DNA of 63,903 bases, filler included, from Polymyxa betae A26-41 (Eukaryota > Protista > Endomyxa: Phytomyxea): the NCBI GenBank assembly GCA_003693705.1. It is 5 parts of 5 records of this genome, joined end to end, with 100 filler letters (N's around TTAATTAATTAA, not from the genome) between each part and the next. Parts side by side here need not be neighbours in the genome. Positions count along the whole stretch, not along the records: positions 18,768 to 31,656 come from RBZT01000603.1; positions 31,757 to 54,441 come from RBZT01000584.1; 3 more parts are not named here. One strand, 5' to 3'. The notes below the pieces were generated by a model. The model saw only the letters and a list, made by a program, of their open reading frames with translations. It ran no database searches and was not told the DNA's origin. The position numbers and the translations under genes are program-made. Below are positions 27,091 through 40,604 of the stretch, in pieces; positions within the stretch are counted from its first letter, which is position 1, and each line of letters opens with the position of its first letter.

Positions 27091-28021
27091 ACTTAACTGC
27101 AGTTAGCGCAACGCCCTTGAATGGACTACAGATAAATCTGATGATCTCGTAGGCGGGATCGCCGTAAATTAGATAACCATTTGCAGCAGGCAATCCCTCC
27201 AGTTTCTGTAGAATTTTGGATTCGCGCAGGAGACTGATGTCATGCCGGCGCCCTTCAATCGGACCGAACATGCTAATTACCAGGACCGCGCCGTCGGGTG
27301 TTAATATGCCTTGGTAATTTAAACAATGCTGCCTCTGACGGGGGCTGAATAGCTGGCGCTGCAAGTTTTTTCCTCTTTGCCAGCCAAGACGCCCCACTCT
27401 GGAGCTCGGCCGACAACTTTTGCTTTGTGCCGTCAATAAACCCAAAGCAAGTCAGCAAGGGAGCATTATTCCGATGGACCGCTTCCGAATACATCCCCAA
27501 TCTTTGCAGTAAAATGTTTTCTGCAAGAATAAGAGAGATCGAAATTCTTATTTGTACCTGCCGTGCGAATGATTCGTGACATAGACGGAAATCACGGAAT
27601 CGAACGTCCCGACAAGAACCTTAGGTCTCCAAGACGGTTTGGATAACAAAACCGTCGCAACGCCAGAGCTAGCCCTTCTGGAGCAAGAATTCGATCTCTC
27701 TCCGAAGTTATGATAGCCGCTGGTAATTGTAAATGGATGCTGATTTGCTCAATTTGATGAGCTGTGAAGCGGAAATCATGCAGAGCATTTTGATCATCAA
27801 TAGTGGACAGATCAAACGTGACATTCGGGATATAGAGAGGTGTTGGAACATCCGTTGATCTCAGCACAACGAGGTCTTCCAGCTAAAAATGCAACGAGCA
27901 TCCAAAAAAACAATGCATAGTTCCGAACCTGATCACTGTCAATGATATCAGCAACGTACATCGATATCAGCTCTTTAAACGTGAATGGACAAAACATTGC
28001 CCTGTTAACCAGCGCTTCCAT
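27091..28021 (-). pseudogene. PIF/Harbinger transposase (DDE_Tnp_4) pseudogene
   Basis: HDFRF, EGLALALRRFCYPNRLGDL, CFGFIDGTK, HCLNYQGILTPDG, FGPIEGRRHD, YLIYGDPAY; frameshifted. Confidence 0.9.
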
Positions 28022-29512
28022 GTGTGCAGATGACAGTAATAATAACTATGTCCTGGAGATATTTCACAGCAGCTCTAGAAGCTGCAGTTGTAAGGTCAAT
28101 AAACTGGCAAGATATTTCAATGCAGCTCTAAAGCTGCATAGAAGAACCAGGACTGAGCTAGGTTCTGTAGTCCTCGATCACGATGATGCAATAAAACTTT
28201 TCCGAAATCACGCCCTCGCATTCTGAAGTACAGGTGCGGTAATATATACTGGTGGGACGCATCTGTTTTCAGAATCTCTGATCAAGGCTGTGACTTGTGA
28301 TATTGGCAACTCGGTCCATAAATCCGGAAATGAATTTGCATAGCTTCTGTACGATTTCATCCTGAGTCTCTTCGGGTAAGGAAGTTCTGCTTGTTTTCGA
28401 GTTTTCGACAGGCCTGGCATCGCGAAACTTGCCCGGGCCGGGTCGGCTCTTCTTGATGGTTATGATCAGCAATTTATAGTGGAACTTCGCCGAGCTTTTG
28501 ATGACCCTGATCATAGCCAGAATTCGTCTCGGAAATTGAGATAGCTTTCGTCAGAGTCAGTTCTCGAGCTTCGCCCAGTTCGAATCCCAATATCGGATTA
28601 CTTCGTGGCGGCGATTGGATGGAGAGTTCGAAGACGGAGCACTTTCGAGAAGCACTCGATCCTTCCATTGAAAAAGTGTCAAGAATTATAACAATGGTCT
28701 AATAAACAAGATATTAACAGGAATTGGGATAAGGCGGATAGGAAACTGGGAAGACCGAAGAAAGGGAACAGAGATAGAAGATCAGCGGGAACGATAAGTG
28801 AGAATAAACGAACAAAATACGGACAAGAGGTCGAAGATAAAGACTACGAAGACGAAGATGAATTTTCGTCTAAAAATGGTGTTGATCGAACTGAGCTACC
28901 CTCAGCTCTATCAGGCCAGCGTTCAAGGTTTATTAGACTCTGACCGTCGACGAAGATTCTCGAAGGCTCCCGCGCAGTCGGAACTGCATTACGAGGTTGC
29001 GCCTCCGGTTGAGTTCATGAAGTTTCATACAACGGACTGAATATTCAATCGGTCCCGAGTTAACCATCGACATCCGCGCTGCATCTGTCAAAATATCACT
29101 AACCGTCAAATTCATTCCTATCAACGATTTCATGTTCTCGACGGATACTTTGAGGGTCGTTTTCGACAGTATTTTTTTTTTGAATGAATCAAGAACAGGA
29201 ATGTGAGCCACGACTGGGAATCTACGTGATTCAATCGTTTCATCCTATATGGGTTCCATTTTCTATCGGATCTAATACAATGGGATTGGACAGACCTCAG
29301 TTTCACCAAGATAACATCTCATTTAATAGAATTCTTAAAGATTATCCTCGCCTTGCTAAAAAGTTTTCAATGAGATGAGAAAAGTGTTTAAAGATTATCA
29401 GAAGGCATTTGAAACCGCATTCATTACTCGTTCCACAGGCCATATAAGCGAATAAGTGCAGATCAAAAGTTATCTTATTGACACGATTTTGTTGTTGTCC
29501 AATTAAATTTTA

Positions 29513-30030
29513 TTATAGATCTATTTGTAGATATGTTCCGTTATTGATACCAACATCACGAGCATAACGAAGAATTTCAATCCATCTATCTTCATCAATA
29601 GATGCTATAACTAGATCTTATTATTAGAAAAAATGTAACCAATATCATGATCATTACCACAAGCTGCTTCCTGACAATCACGTCTTCGAATCTGTAATAG
29701 ATTTCCATTGAAGAAGAAGAAAACAGCAGGTGTAGCAAATACTTGATATGTATGAAGAAGTGATTGTGAATTGGATCTATCAGATAGATATAAATTAGAG
29801 AATGGAAGTCTATTAGATTGATGTATATGATATAATATAGAACATGTATGTAATGATACTGGATCCCATCTATCTCCAACACATACTACTAATAATCGTG
29901 TAGATCCACTTATATAATACATTATATATCAGTAACAATATGGATTAAAAATATGATATCACCTGGTATCAATCAATTCTTTGATTTCAGACCAACTTGT
30001 CCATTCTGGTTCCTGTTACTAATCATTAAT
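29513..30030 (-). CDS. Thioredoxin-fold protein, divergent Dim1/TXNL4-like; 5' exon uncertain (may extend to about 30198)
   Basis: Spliced WSEIKELIDTSGSTRLLVVCVGDRWDPVSLHTCSIL..LYLSD..TYQVFATPAVFFFFNGNLLQI..DEDRWIEILRYARD, stop at 29513. Parallels Dim1 RVVVIRFGHDWDP and VMFFF motifs. Confidence 0.55.
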
Positions 30031-30254
30031 ATCAAATATAGATATCTGCATATTTAACCTACAGGTATCATGCGTTTACTATATCGCCCTATCTATCTAT
30101 AATGAATGGATGAATGCTGGTTCCACCCCCAACCTACAGGATACTAATTACATTCAATTGATGACCATCAGGTACCCATATGCGATCCTTATCATCATGA
30201 TTAAGATTATTATTGATGAAACTCAATGAAAGAGCGCAATATTGAATTATTCAG

Positions 30255-31306
<1,052 letters not shown>

Positions 31307-31420
31307 TAACATATTGAGATTTCAGCAATAAAGATATGTGTATCTAGATCCAGGTGGCAGAACTCACAGATTGTGGACTGGACGGGCTCATACCACCCAC
31401 GAGTTCCAAATAAATTTGGC

Positions 31421-31656
31421 ATGATGTATAGGGAGATATATTGTTACATTTTATATACAATAGGTTGATATGATGTATAGGGAGATATATTGTTACATTT
31501 TATATACAATAGGTTGATATGATGTATAGGGAGATATATTGTTACATTTTATATACAAGAGGTTGATATGATGTATAGGGAGATATATTGTTACATTTTA
31601 TATACAATAGGTTGATATGATGTATAGGGAGATATATTGTTACATTTTATATACAA
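31421..31656. repeat. 49-bp AT-rich tandem repeat, about 4.8 copies, running into the contig end
   Basis: Unit ATGATGTATAGGGAGATATATTGTTACATTTTATATACAATAGGTTGAT at 31421, 31470, 31519, 31568, 31617; one substitution seen. Confidence 0.97.
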
Positions 31657-31756
31657 NNNNNNNNNNNNNNNNNNNNNNNNNNNNNNNNNNNNNNNNNNNN
31701 TTAATTAATTAANNNNNNNNNNNNNNNNNNNNNNNNNNNNNNNNNNNNNNNNNNNN
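31657..31756. other. Artificial contig-join spacer
   Basis: N-TTAATTAATTAA-N, 100 nt. Confidence 0.99.
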
Positions 31757-32895
31757 GATTCATGGTTTTGATCTCTTCATCTATCACATATCGTATCAAC
31801 TCCACCAAGAACCAATTGCCTGTCTGCTTGCTGATGTAGTCCGGAAGATTCATCTGTTTCAACAAACTAACGGCAATATCAGTATTTCGTCCGAACGTTT
31901 TGGCGATTTCAGCATCTCTCTGCAAATCGAAGGCCAGGATCAGACGTGTTTCTAATAACTCGGCAATGGCAAGCCCGTCTTGGCGATTTAATAGTACTGA
32001 CGCATCGTAAGTCAAAATGACTCCGTTCAAACTGAGCTGAACAGCCATGATATGGGACCGAACGATGTTCTCCCATGCGTCCGTGAGCAAGTTAACACGC
32101 AAATCAGCTGTTTGTTCAGTACGAAGAGCGTTGATGTCGGCAGCGGAAGCTGCTGAAGAATAAGCGTCCAAAATTTTACCTCAAAGGTCGTGGCGGCTGG
32201 GTAAATTTCTTGCACATGGTAGATTAGCAAACTCAAAAAGCCGTTTAGTCGACGGGCGACTGATAAAGTTTGGTGGGAGATTATTTTCCGCTTGGAACTC
32301 CAACAGAAGATTGTGAAACGAAGCTATAATATGAGTATCCAAAGGAGCCGGACAATATGAATTGATTGTCGACTGGCGGAATCGCTTATTACTGTTGGAT
32401 GGAGCAGAAGCGGCAGTTGAGGTCGCAATTGATTGAGATTGAGGAGCAGATATCGCCACAGCTCCGAGAGGAGTGGCGGCGACGGCAGCATAATGCTCAC
32501 AATCGCGAAGATGAGATTCGAAGGCTTTTTTGCGACCGATAATCTTCTGTGGTGGATCCACAGATTCCGGGTTTTCTTTGTGTGCGCGTTCACAATGAGA
32601 GCAATGATGCCAATACTGCGAATTATTGCACATTCCGTTCAACTTGATAAAATGCAATCTGCATTCCGATGCAGGGCGACCAACAGCTTGTTTTCGAGAC
32701 GACATTGCAGCTCGTTGACAAAGACGAATTATGATTTCAAGAGACTGACATGATCCACGGACTGCGTGGCGCATATAAAGACCATGTTTTTATTACCCAT
32801 GTTTTTATTGTTTTTTGTAAAAACATTTAAACATTGTTTAAACCAAATAAAAACCTTCGAATGTTTAAACAAAAAAAACCTGCGTGACAACACTG
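31757..32895 (-). mobile_element. hAT-superfamily DNA transposon, 5' part, defective
   Basis: Terminus CAGTGTTG at 32895, subterminal AAAAACAT/TTTAAAC repeats. BED-like finger (WHHCSHC..HLRDC), NNLPPNFISRP, LPSR, VNLLTDAWENI (first catalytic Asp). In-frame TGA at 32181. Confidence 0.85.
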
Positions 32896-34337
32896 GTGAG
32901 TGCGTTGTTGAAAATGGATTAGTTTATTGAGATTGATTTTTTTGAGAGGCAACCGCCGTCTGCAATGTTCTTGGGACATCGGATGCGTATTCAAGATTCG
33001 GTTGAAGTTGATTTCGCTGCCTTCGTGAATAGGGTCATACAGCCCATCTATTGGCGATGATCATGGACGCTGTTGTTAATAGCGAGGATGCTCTGTATCT
33101 GTTTCAAATGACTATTTAATTTGTTGACAATTATTGTGAATCAACAGTCACTTAAATTGCAAATTTTTCTAAACCCTAACACAACTTCAACATCCTAAAC
33201 GGTTCTTGTTATACATCACCAGTAAACCACCCATATTCAAAAACAGTTCCTATATGCAATCGGTCCGCTGCGAATTAGCAGTAACAGACTGAGGCCGACA
33301 AGATACGGGAATACGCCTGACGTCAGACTCGGAATAAACATGGCAAAATCAGCAATCTGGAGCTGGAGTCCTCATCGTCTGCCCCATGATTACCTCCTGC
33401 CATCCTTTAAAGTAAAACTAAATGCAATACGGATATGCTTGACGGTTTCATTTGACCCACCAACTCTCGTCATTGCATCTCTGCATCCTGCATAGCTTGA
33501 TAAAAGCCGGAATGATAAACCCTATACCCTAAGGCTGCTCTTGTAGATCAGGAGTACAGTATTACCAATGAATTGTGGAATTGTTGAAGCACAGATAGAT
33601 ACTACGACTAGGCGCCTGAGTTATATCCACCAAGCTTCTAGGGCACAGCGCCGCCCAAAAACAACGAACTAGTCAAATCTCTGCATACTCTGCAGGGAAG
33701 AAGTCTACAAAGAGCAATTCGCCATTTAATTGCTGAGGCATGAAATCCATGCCGTGTCATACAGAGTAACATTGAATCGATCGAAGCCTCCCTTGGGTAG
33801 AAGGACAATGCCCATTATAGCAGCTGTGTGTATTTTCAAGGATTGTGCAGTTTGACAGGCGGATTGTTTACCAAACTTGGATTCGCACTCAAAAAAACAG
33901 AAACCGGCAGATACAATTTAAATATCTTTGAAGGGCGGATTCATGAGATGAGCAGAGAACACCTGTGTGATCCAATAGGCTGTGTACCAGCGAGCTTCAC
34001 TCATAACTGGATCAGCGGAACGTAAAACACGAAAAAAAATATTCTTAACAGGGATTCGAACTCGTGACAACTTGGGACTCTGCCAAAAGCGATGGAATGC
34101 TGTGGTGGACTGGTGTGAGCAGACCACAGACAGGCGGCCCCGAGAGGATCACAGTTAGAAAGAGGAAGGGCTGTGTCCCTCCCAGTCAGGACAGCGAGAC
34201 ACATCACTGTCGGACGACGTGGCACGCCGACGTGTCCGCCTGCCAATGAAGGAGAAATGATCACCATCAGACAGCTTATTTGCCAAACAGTGTGGTGATC
34301 TGCGCATCAAACTGTATATTGAGATAGGCTCGTCAGA

Positions 34338-35920
34338 ATGATTGTATTAGTAATGTCGTCGCTTTTGATTCTTTCAATCCCGATTCTATCAGCTGTTAAT
34401 ATTACCGATCTTGACTCGACGGCCTCCTCAGCCCCAGGGCCTGAACCGACGGAAATTGGGGCCGCCCCAAACCTGCCTGACGAAACCCTAAACACAAATT
34501 CATCAAGCGCGGTTAGAAATAGTCTCCTCGATATATGGACTTGCATCATGTATAATGCAGGAATTGATTCCGGGTCACGCTCTGGCACAAGACAACGCCG
34601 CCGTACTGGTCCTGGATCCGGCGAAGTTGCCATTTTCCGCGTCCCGAGCATGGTCGCTGGATTTCACGACGTCGTTGATATCGCCACATGGCGAGTCGTC
34701 GTCTAAGCATGAGGTAGAATGCTCGCCCGGAGTGACGGAAGCGGCGTTTTCCTCGCCTAGGGTTAGGGTTTCAATAACTCCGCTTGATACAGGGCTCGTC
34801 CAGCATCCCTGTTCGAAAACGCGATCCCGACCGACGCGCATGTTCTGCCGAACGTCGCCAACGTCTCGCCACTCTTGTGAATTGCCGTACTGGCCCAATC
34901 CAGACGTATCACGACCTCTGCAAGTTTCTGGTGGGTTTATTGTGAGATTCGGGGCTCGGGGTCTTGATCGATGTTTCTGTAGAATAAAAGTCCGGATGAT
35001 GACGAACATCGCTACATGATGCGACGTCCGTATAACCCGGTCTACCCTCGACTGGATCAGATCGCGAGCGCCGTGTCCGTCCGTGTCGCTTCGATTCCGG
35101 TGCTTCTAGATGAACCGACCCGAATCAGTTCGGCCACGATGACGTTGGAGAAACTGATTCTGATCGCCAGTCTGTACCAGAAGAATTGCCAATCGCGGGA
35201 CATTAGCGAGTCGAAGTTTAACAAATTCGAGGACCAGCGTACGAGACGATGCATGGATTCCGTGTGTTATCCGGTTCTGTGTTGTCTCACTATATGCTGT
35301 CAGAAGGATCTGCGCATGTTCCAGGCGCGATGGGGGTCGCCGTTCCCACATTCGCGCTTTCGGTTTAAATGTCCGAGCTCCGGGAACTCCAGCGATCTGT
35401 GCGGATTCGAGTTCGCCGTAGCGACACAACGACGATTACGTTCGCTTCGATATCGACCCGAGTTTGATTCGCAAGGAAAAGCGGATTTTCTGGTACGATA
35501 TCAGGTCAAAGGGTTTCGAACTGTAAGCATTCGTCAAATTTTTTGATCCAGCTGTGAAAGAATTTCTAGAAAAATCAAGAATTTTGTTTGGGAATGTTTC
35601 ATAGTTTGTTACCCGGATAAATGATGCTTTTCTGACGGTGGAGTAGAAACATTTAATCAGCTGCTTTCGGCGACTACAGCATGAAGTCCGGAGATCCGGA
35701 GGAAAACTGCAACTTTGCGCTGAATTCGAGCGATATTTCACCGAGGAGGTTCAACCTGTTCTAAAATGTCTTCAAGAGCATTGTGATGATGATGTCGAAT
35801 ATTTTATACGGAACGTCGGTGATCATATAGAACCCAGTCAGTTCCGGCAAAGAATCTGCTCTGGAGACACCGAGTTGTGTCCAGCTGTGTTTGAACAATT
35901 CATCACCAATTTAGAATCAT
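34338..35920 (+). pseudogene. Secreted protein gene, frameshifted (pseudogene or assembly errors)
   Basis: Signal-peptide-like MIVLVMSSLLILSIPILSA-VN, followed by overlapping coding-like ORFs in changing frames (34555, 35016). Confidence 0.45.
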
Positions 35921-36317
35921 AAATATGAGCTTCATTCAGCAGTCCGGAAGTGCTCAACGCCTCCATCTAACAACATTCATCGATCTAATTGGGGAAAGAA
36001 ACTGAGAGACGCCCTACAAGAGACCTTAACAACCTCGAGTCGTCTATTTGAAGAGCTCCATCAAGGCCGCCGAGCTCAGTGAGAAGTCGGCGCGTCCTGA
36101 TCTTCCACTATGGCTCCTGACACCGTCGTTACCGTCGACTGCATCTGGACTACTATCTGGGTTCCTCCTGACCATACCCGGCTTGCCTACAACGGCGCCA
36201 ATTTTGAAGCCGTTCATGTTTTGAGTTCGTCAAGGACACAATATTATCCTTTTCCGTTCGCTACACGGCCTTTTACTGGACGAATGCCACCAAAAATCGG
36301 TCAAAAAAACATTTCTG

Positions 36318-37200
36318 TCATTGATATTGTTGGAGAACGATACTGAAAGGCAACTGGTATCCAATTTGACATTGCAAATACTTCTCCCAGGAATCCATAA
36401 TGTGAATATCAGGACGGGAACAGTTTGGTCGCCAATGCATGATGTATTGTGCCTCGATCCTATCAAAAGCAGTGGCAAGCGGCGTTGAGCGAACGTTCTG
36501 TTGCTTTTTGGATCTCAGAGGCAAATCTAGACTGTGATCAGTCAGGGCTATGACAATCATTTCCGCATTTCGGTGCCCGTATTGGACCAGGTCATCGTGT
36601 TTTGATAATGCCCGATATTTGTCAGAATAATCATTATCGAGAAAGCATTCACCCAAAGGATCGGAGCTCCTATTCCGGGGTCTTCTAACGGGTGTGTAAG
36701 AGCCTGGAGATCAGGGATGTAATCCCATAGGCCAATATTACACTCGTGAATGCAAGTGGGATGCCCCCTTCGTCCACGCTTGATCTTGTTGGAAGGATCT
36801 CTCGCAAAGGCAACAAAACTTGAACAGACAAAATGGCCTGGTGTCTTAACAAAGCTCTGAGTGATATCAGCCATGATTGCCCTTTCGAGTTTGTTTTTCA
36901 GCCCTCCTGACGGCATATTCACAAGAATGATGCGGATATCAGATGATAATTCCAAATGACAATCGAACTGAGTTATGAGATCATTCTGCTCGCAATAGCT
37001 CCAAGCCCTTTCGAGGGCGTCACCATCTTGCATCTGGAGTATGAGAGATGATTGATCGCACTCTCGAAAGAAGGCATCAAGATAACCAGATATGATCTGT
37101 TCCAAGCCATCCGATGGTACATAATGCACATTCGAAAGCTGCATGGTCATGCATCGAGGAGAGGAATAACAATGAATATGAGATAGAGGAATGAATGTCA
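36318..37200 (-). pseudogene. Frameshifted gene with a possible Uma2/PD-(D/E)XK endonuclease-like domain and an upstream hydrophobic leader
   Basis: IILVNMPSG..YIPDL..GAPIL/LGECF..MIVIAL across ORFs 36557-37150 and 36318-36656; FLYLIFIVIPLLDA lies just upstream in another frame. Confidence 0.35.
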
Positions 37201-37890
37201 GTTCAGTATATCCCTATTAAAATGTTTGAAGATGAATGCGGATTTTTTTGGAAATGAAGCAAATGATGCGCTGTATTTAATCGGAGATTCGGGATTGATT
37301 CGTTTGGCGTTCGTATATTTTTTGTCATTTGGGATTGTTTATTTGGATGTAGTTTTTTGTATGGGAATAAAAATTCACTAGTTTTTATTGAATTTTTTGG
37401 AATGGGGTAGTTGTCATTTGTCATTTTGGATTTTGAAAATGACAAAATTTGGGGTGGAAAATTTCGACACTACCTTTCTCTGGTGGAATACTAGAGTTAT
37501 GAGTTTGGTTCTGATGGACCTGATATGAACAGTTCCGGAACATTCGTGTCGGCCAGAGCAGCCCTTTGCACGCCATACTGCCCTTCTCCTGCTGGAGCTA
37601 ACGTCAACAACAATCTGACAGAAAATGTGAAAATCTTTGGATAATTCTCAAATTTCACGTCTGAAGTGACAGCAATTGTCTCACATCATTCTCTTCTCTT
37701 TACAACTCTCGACGCCTAACTATGCATGTCAGACTGTAGAGAGCTTTTGATTTGAAATGAAAAGACGTGTTTGTTGGTGTGAGAATGCTATCAGAATGCA
37801 ATGTTCAGGAAGTTCAATTCGCAGCAGTCAAACGCTAGGGATAGCTCGAGTATGTTCAAATAGCGTTCAGCTGCATAAGGACACAGCGTT

Positions 37891-37981
37891 GCCTCTTTAG
37901 CTCAGTCGGCAGAGCGTAGGTCTCATATCCAAACCAAACAGAGTCATCCTGAGGTCGTGCGTTCGATCCGCACAGGAGGCA
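37891..37981 (+). tRNA. tRNA-Met(CAT), elongator type, with an 18-nt intron (37928-37945)
   Basis: Acceptor GCCTCTT/AGGAGGC-A, D-arm TAGCTCAGTCGGCAGAGC, anticodon loop CTCATA then intron, T-arm GTGCGTTCGATCCGCAC, followed by a T8 Pol III terminator. Confidence 0.96.
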
Positions 37982-38963
37982 TTTTTTTTCTTCTGATTGG
38001 ATCATGACTTCGCTATACTTTTCGTCCTGGCTTCGTTTGCAAATTGTCAATCTCGCCTCCACCTTGAATCCGTTATCGTCCTTGCAATCCGGTCCATTCA
38101 CACCTCCGATCTAGCTAATTTGCTCCCGACTCCATCCGGACGCCCATATCTGTCAACCTTGGAAAACATGATGGTCGCCCAAATTGTTTCCGGATGGCCA
38201 GCGGATCGTCTCTTTACAAACTGTCTATTCGTTCCACTCTTGATACTATTTCGGTTCTATTGGTTCTTAAAATTTCGATCAGTAACAATCTGTTTTTTTG
38301 TTGATCTCACTTGATAAACTGTTTGAGTTCCGTTGTCTGGATTCTCCTTCTCGTAGAGCATCCTTTCCTGGTCTTTAGGCTCAGGCTCCAAGCGGGGGTT
38401 GTGTAGGAGGTACGCCCCAGACCCTGAGATCTTTGACCGATCACGGGCGGCCTGACATGACCGAATACTGTCCTATATCAGAGTTCTAACTACCTCGATT
38501 GGTTGGAGTGTGATCTGGCTATTAGACGGTGTTATGGCCACGTCACCGCAAGAGACAAGTCTGCGGTCTCAGACCACGAGGGGCTCAGCACGACCATCTA
38601 TCAGATGGAATGACAAGTGATGGGCATTTTCATTCACAATTCTATAGAGACTATCTTCCGTAACCATCCTTGGATGACTAAATTTCCGCCAATTCTATGG
38701 GACATTGTTATTGCAGAATCCATTTCACCTCTAGTTGATTCTATTAAGTAAGCAAGGGTCTAAACACTTCTGTCGAATCTGTTGTTGATATGTGATCTTC
38801 TTCAGGATGAATGGGATAGAACATGCAGACAAAGTCTTTAACGAGCATGTATTTCACCCTGATTACATACTAACAAGCAAAATTGCAACACATTCAGATT
38901 CTAGCAGGCAGTCGCGTTTATTGAATGATTTTCATGCGACATTGGGCTCAGTGGACAGCCCAT

Positions 38964-40604
38964 CTATGGGCATGTCATTCTCAACGAACCCTTCAGTGCT
39001 TCACTGCATTCCAACAGAGTTAGAGCAGACTTGTTTTTAATGCCAACTTGTTCGAGAAGACTCTTGACAGAGATCAGAGGGAGAGATTTCTGTGAACGCA
39101 GTGGGCTCGGCAACGATCTAGTTGACGAGAAGTCATAAACTGTTGGACTTTTCGGGCGGAAGAAGCTAAAAGTTCTTCTCAGAATGTGCTTAAATGTACG
39201 AGGATAAGGTGGAGATTTTGGAGGAGAATCCGAGGAGGAAGGAGACCACCAGGATCTCGCTGGGCTGCTGAACGAATCGTCATATTGCAAAAAAAGCAAA
39301 GACGATTCGATTAATGATTTGATAACAGATATGAACATATCGGTCTTGGTTAGAAGCGGTTCCTCGATTGTCACACTGAACGTTTCCGATAGAACATCAA
39401 ACTGACGTCCAGTAGCGAAAACATCAAGAGCGATTTCTTTCGACAATTTCTGGTTTTTGTACAAATGAAAGGCTAATGCCAATGGCGTATCTACCTGACA
39501 TTGTTGAACAATATGCAGGCCTTGTATGCCCTTGAGATACATAGCAAAAGTTTCAGAAGCATGTGGCATAAATGGAATTTGGCACAGCAAATCCATCAGG
39601 AACATGAGAGGTTCGAGTTCAGAAAAGGCGAGCTCAGCGGCAGCTGCATCACCTATCGATTGAATATGGCGATCGTCAAGCAGCATAGCCTGACGGTATA
39701 GCAAGACTTCCATATGGAAAGGTAGCTGTAGGCTGACAGATATTGGACGGTCTGCGGTCGGCAACTTATCTTCCTTCATCATCCGTATCTCCTACATGCT
39801 GCCTCAGAGCAGATCGCATGAGAAAAAAAATAATGAGAAAAAGAAAAAAGTTGTGAAAAGGACCAGTTAAACAATAGAGCAGAGGCGCAGCCAACAGGGT
39901 CGCAACCCCCCAAGTGAGTGCAACCACCTATCAGTGGGCGCAACCTCGTGCCTTTAAACGAAGGCGATCTCTCATCTCACCTGATGCAGGCTGTGAGCTG
40001 GTAGTCCAGGGCTGTCGACCAGGATCACATAGCAGGCCATGAGAAGCAGGGCAGACGACCGGGTCATAGCAAGCACACGCTCGAGCTCAGCGACAGTCCA
40101 GTTGAGGAATATGATTTTGTCGCTGATGCCTAGGGTCTCATGCTTTTCTGAACGTTTGAACAGGGCCTCGTAGAGATGGCGCGAATGTTTGGAAAGAATG
40201 AAGTGGAAATATTTGCAAAACCACACCTGTTTCGATAAACTTTTCCATTTTTTCCAAAATAGAGCCATAAACAGGGTCAGCTCATCACGACGAAGCTGCT
40301 CTAGGGTCAACTTCGCGGTATGATAAACTAGAACACCAACGATCGCGTCTAGACGAATGACGAATTCAGTATCCACTCGACATTGTTTAAGATCGTCCAG
40401 ATGAAGCGTGCTATTGACTTGGAATTCAGCAACACGAGAATTGACCTCGTTCGCTGTGATCACGGTGAGAAGGGAGAGCTGGGGTGGGTTGGGGCGTCAC
40501 CGACCAAACTTCGAAACGTCTATGGCGTCGGTGTAAGCATCCCGAGCCGACTCAACCGGGGTCGAGGTCGCCGTCAGTATAGCTAACAACAGAAACGCCA
40601 GCAT
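38964..40604 (-). CDS. Secreted protein family X, paralogue 1 (introns 40454-40504 and 39792-39980)
   Basis: Signal peptide MLAFLLLAILTATSTPVESA. Splices in frame to ..FLNWTVAEL.. and ..FHMEVLLYRQAMLLDD..LEPLMFL..; Ser/Pro-rich tail. Confidence 0.8.

Noticed and set aside
31421-31656. CRISPR-like array
   Set aside because: Head-to-tail units with no unique spacers, no cas genes, eukaryotic context.
34030-34075. B-box-like GAGTTCGAATCCC plus T-run on the minus strand
   Set aside because: No D-arm, A-box or acceptor stem could be folded; at most a tRNA/SINE remnant.
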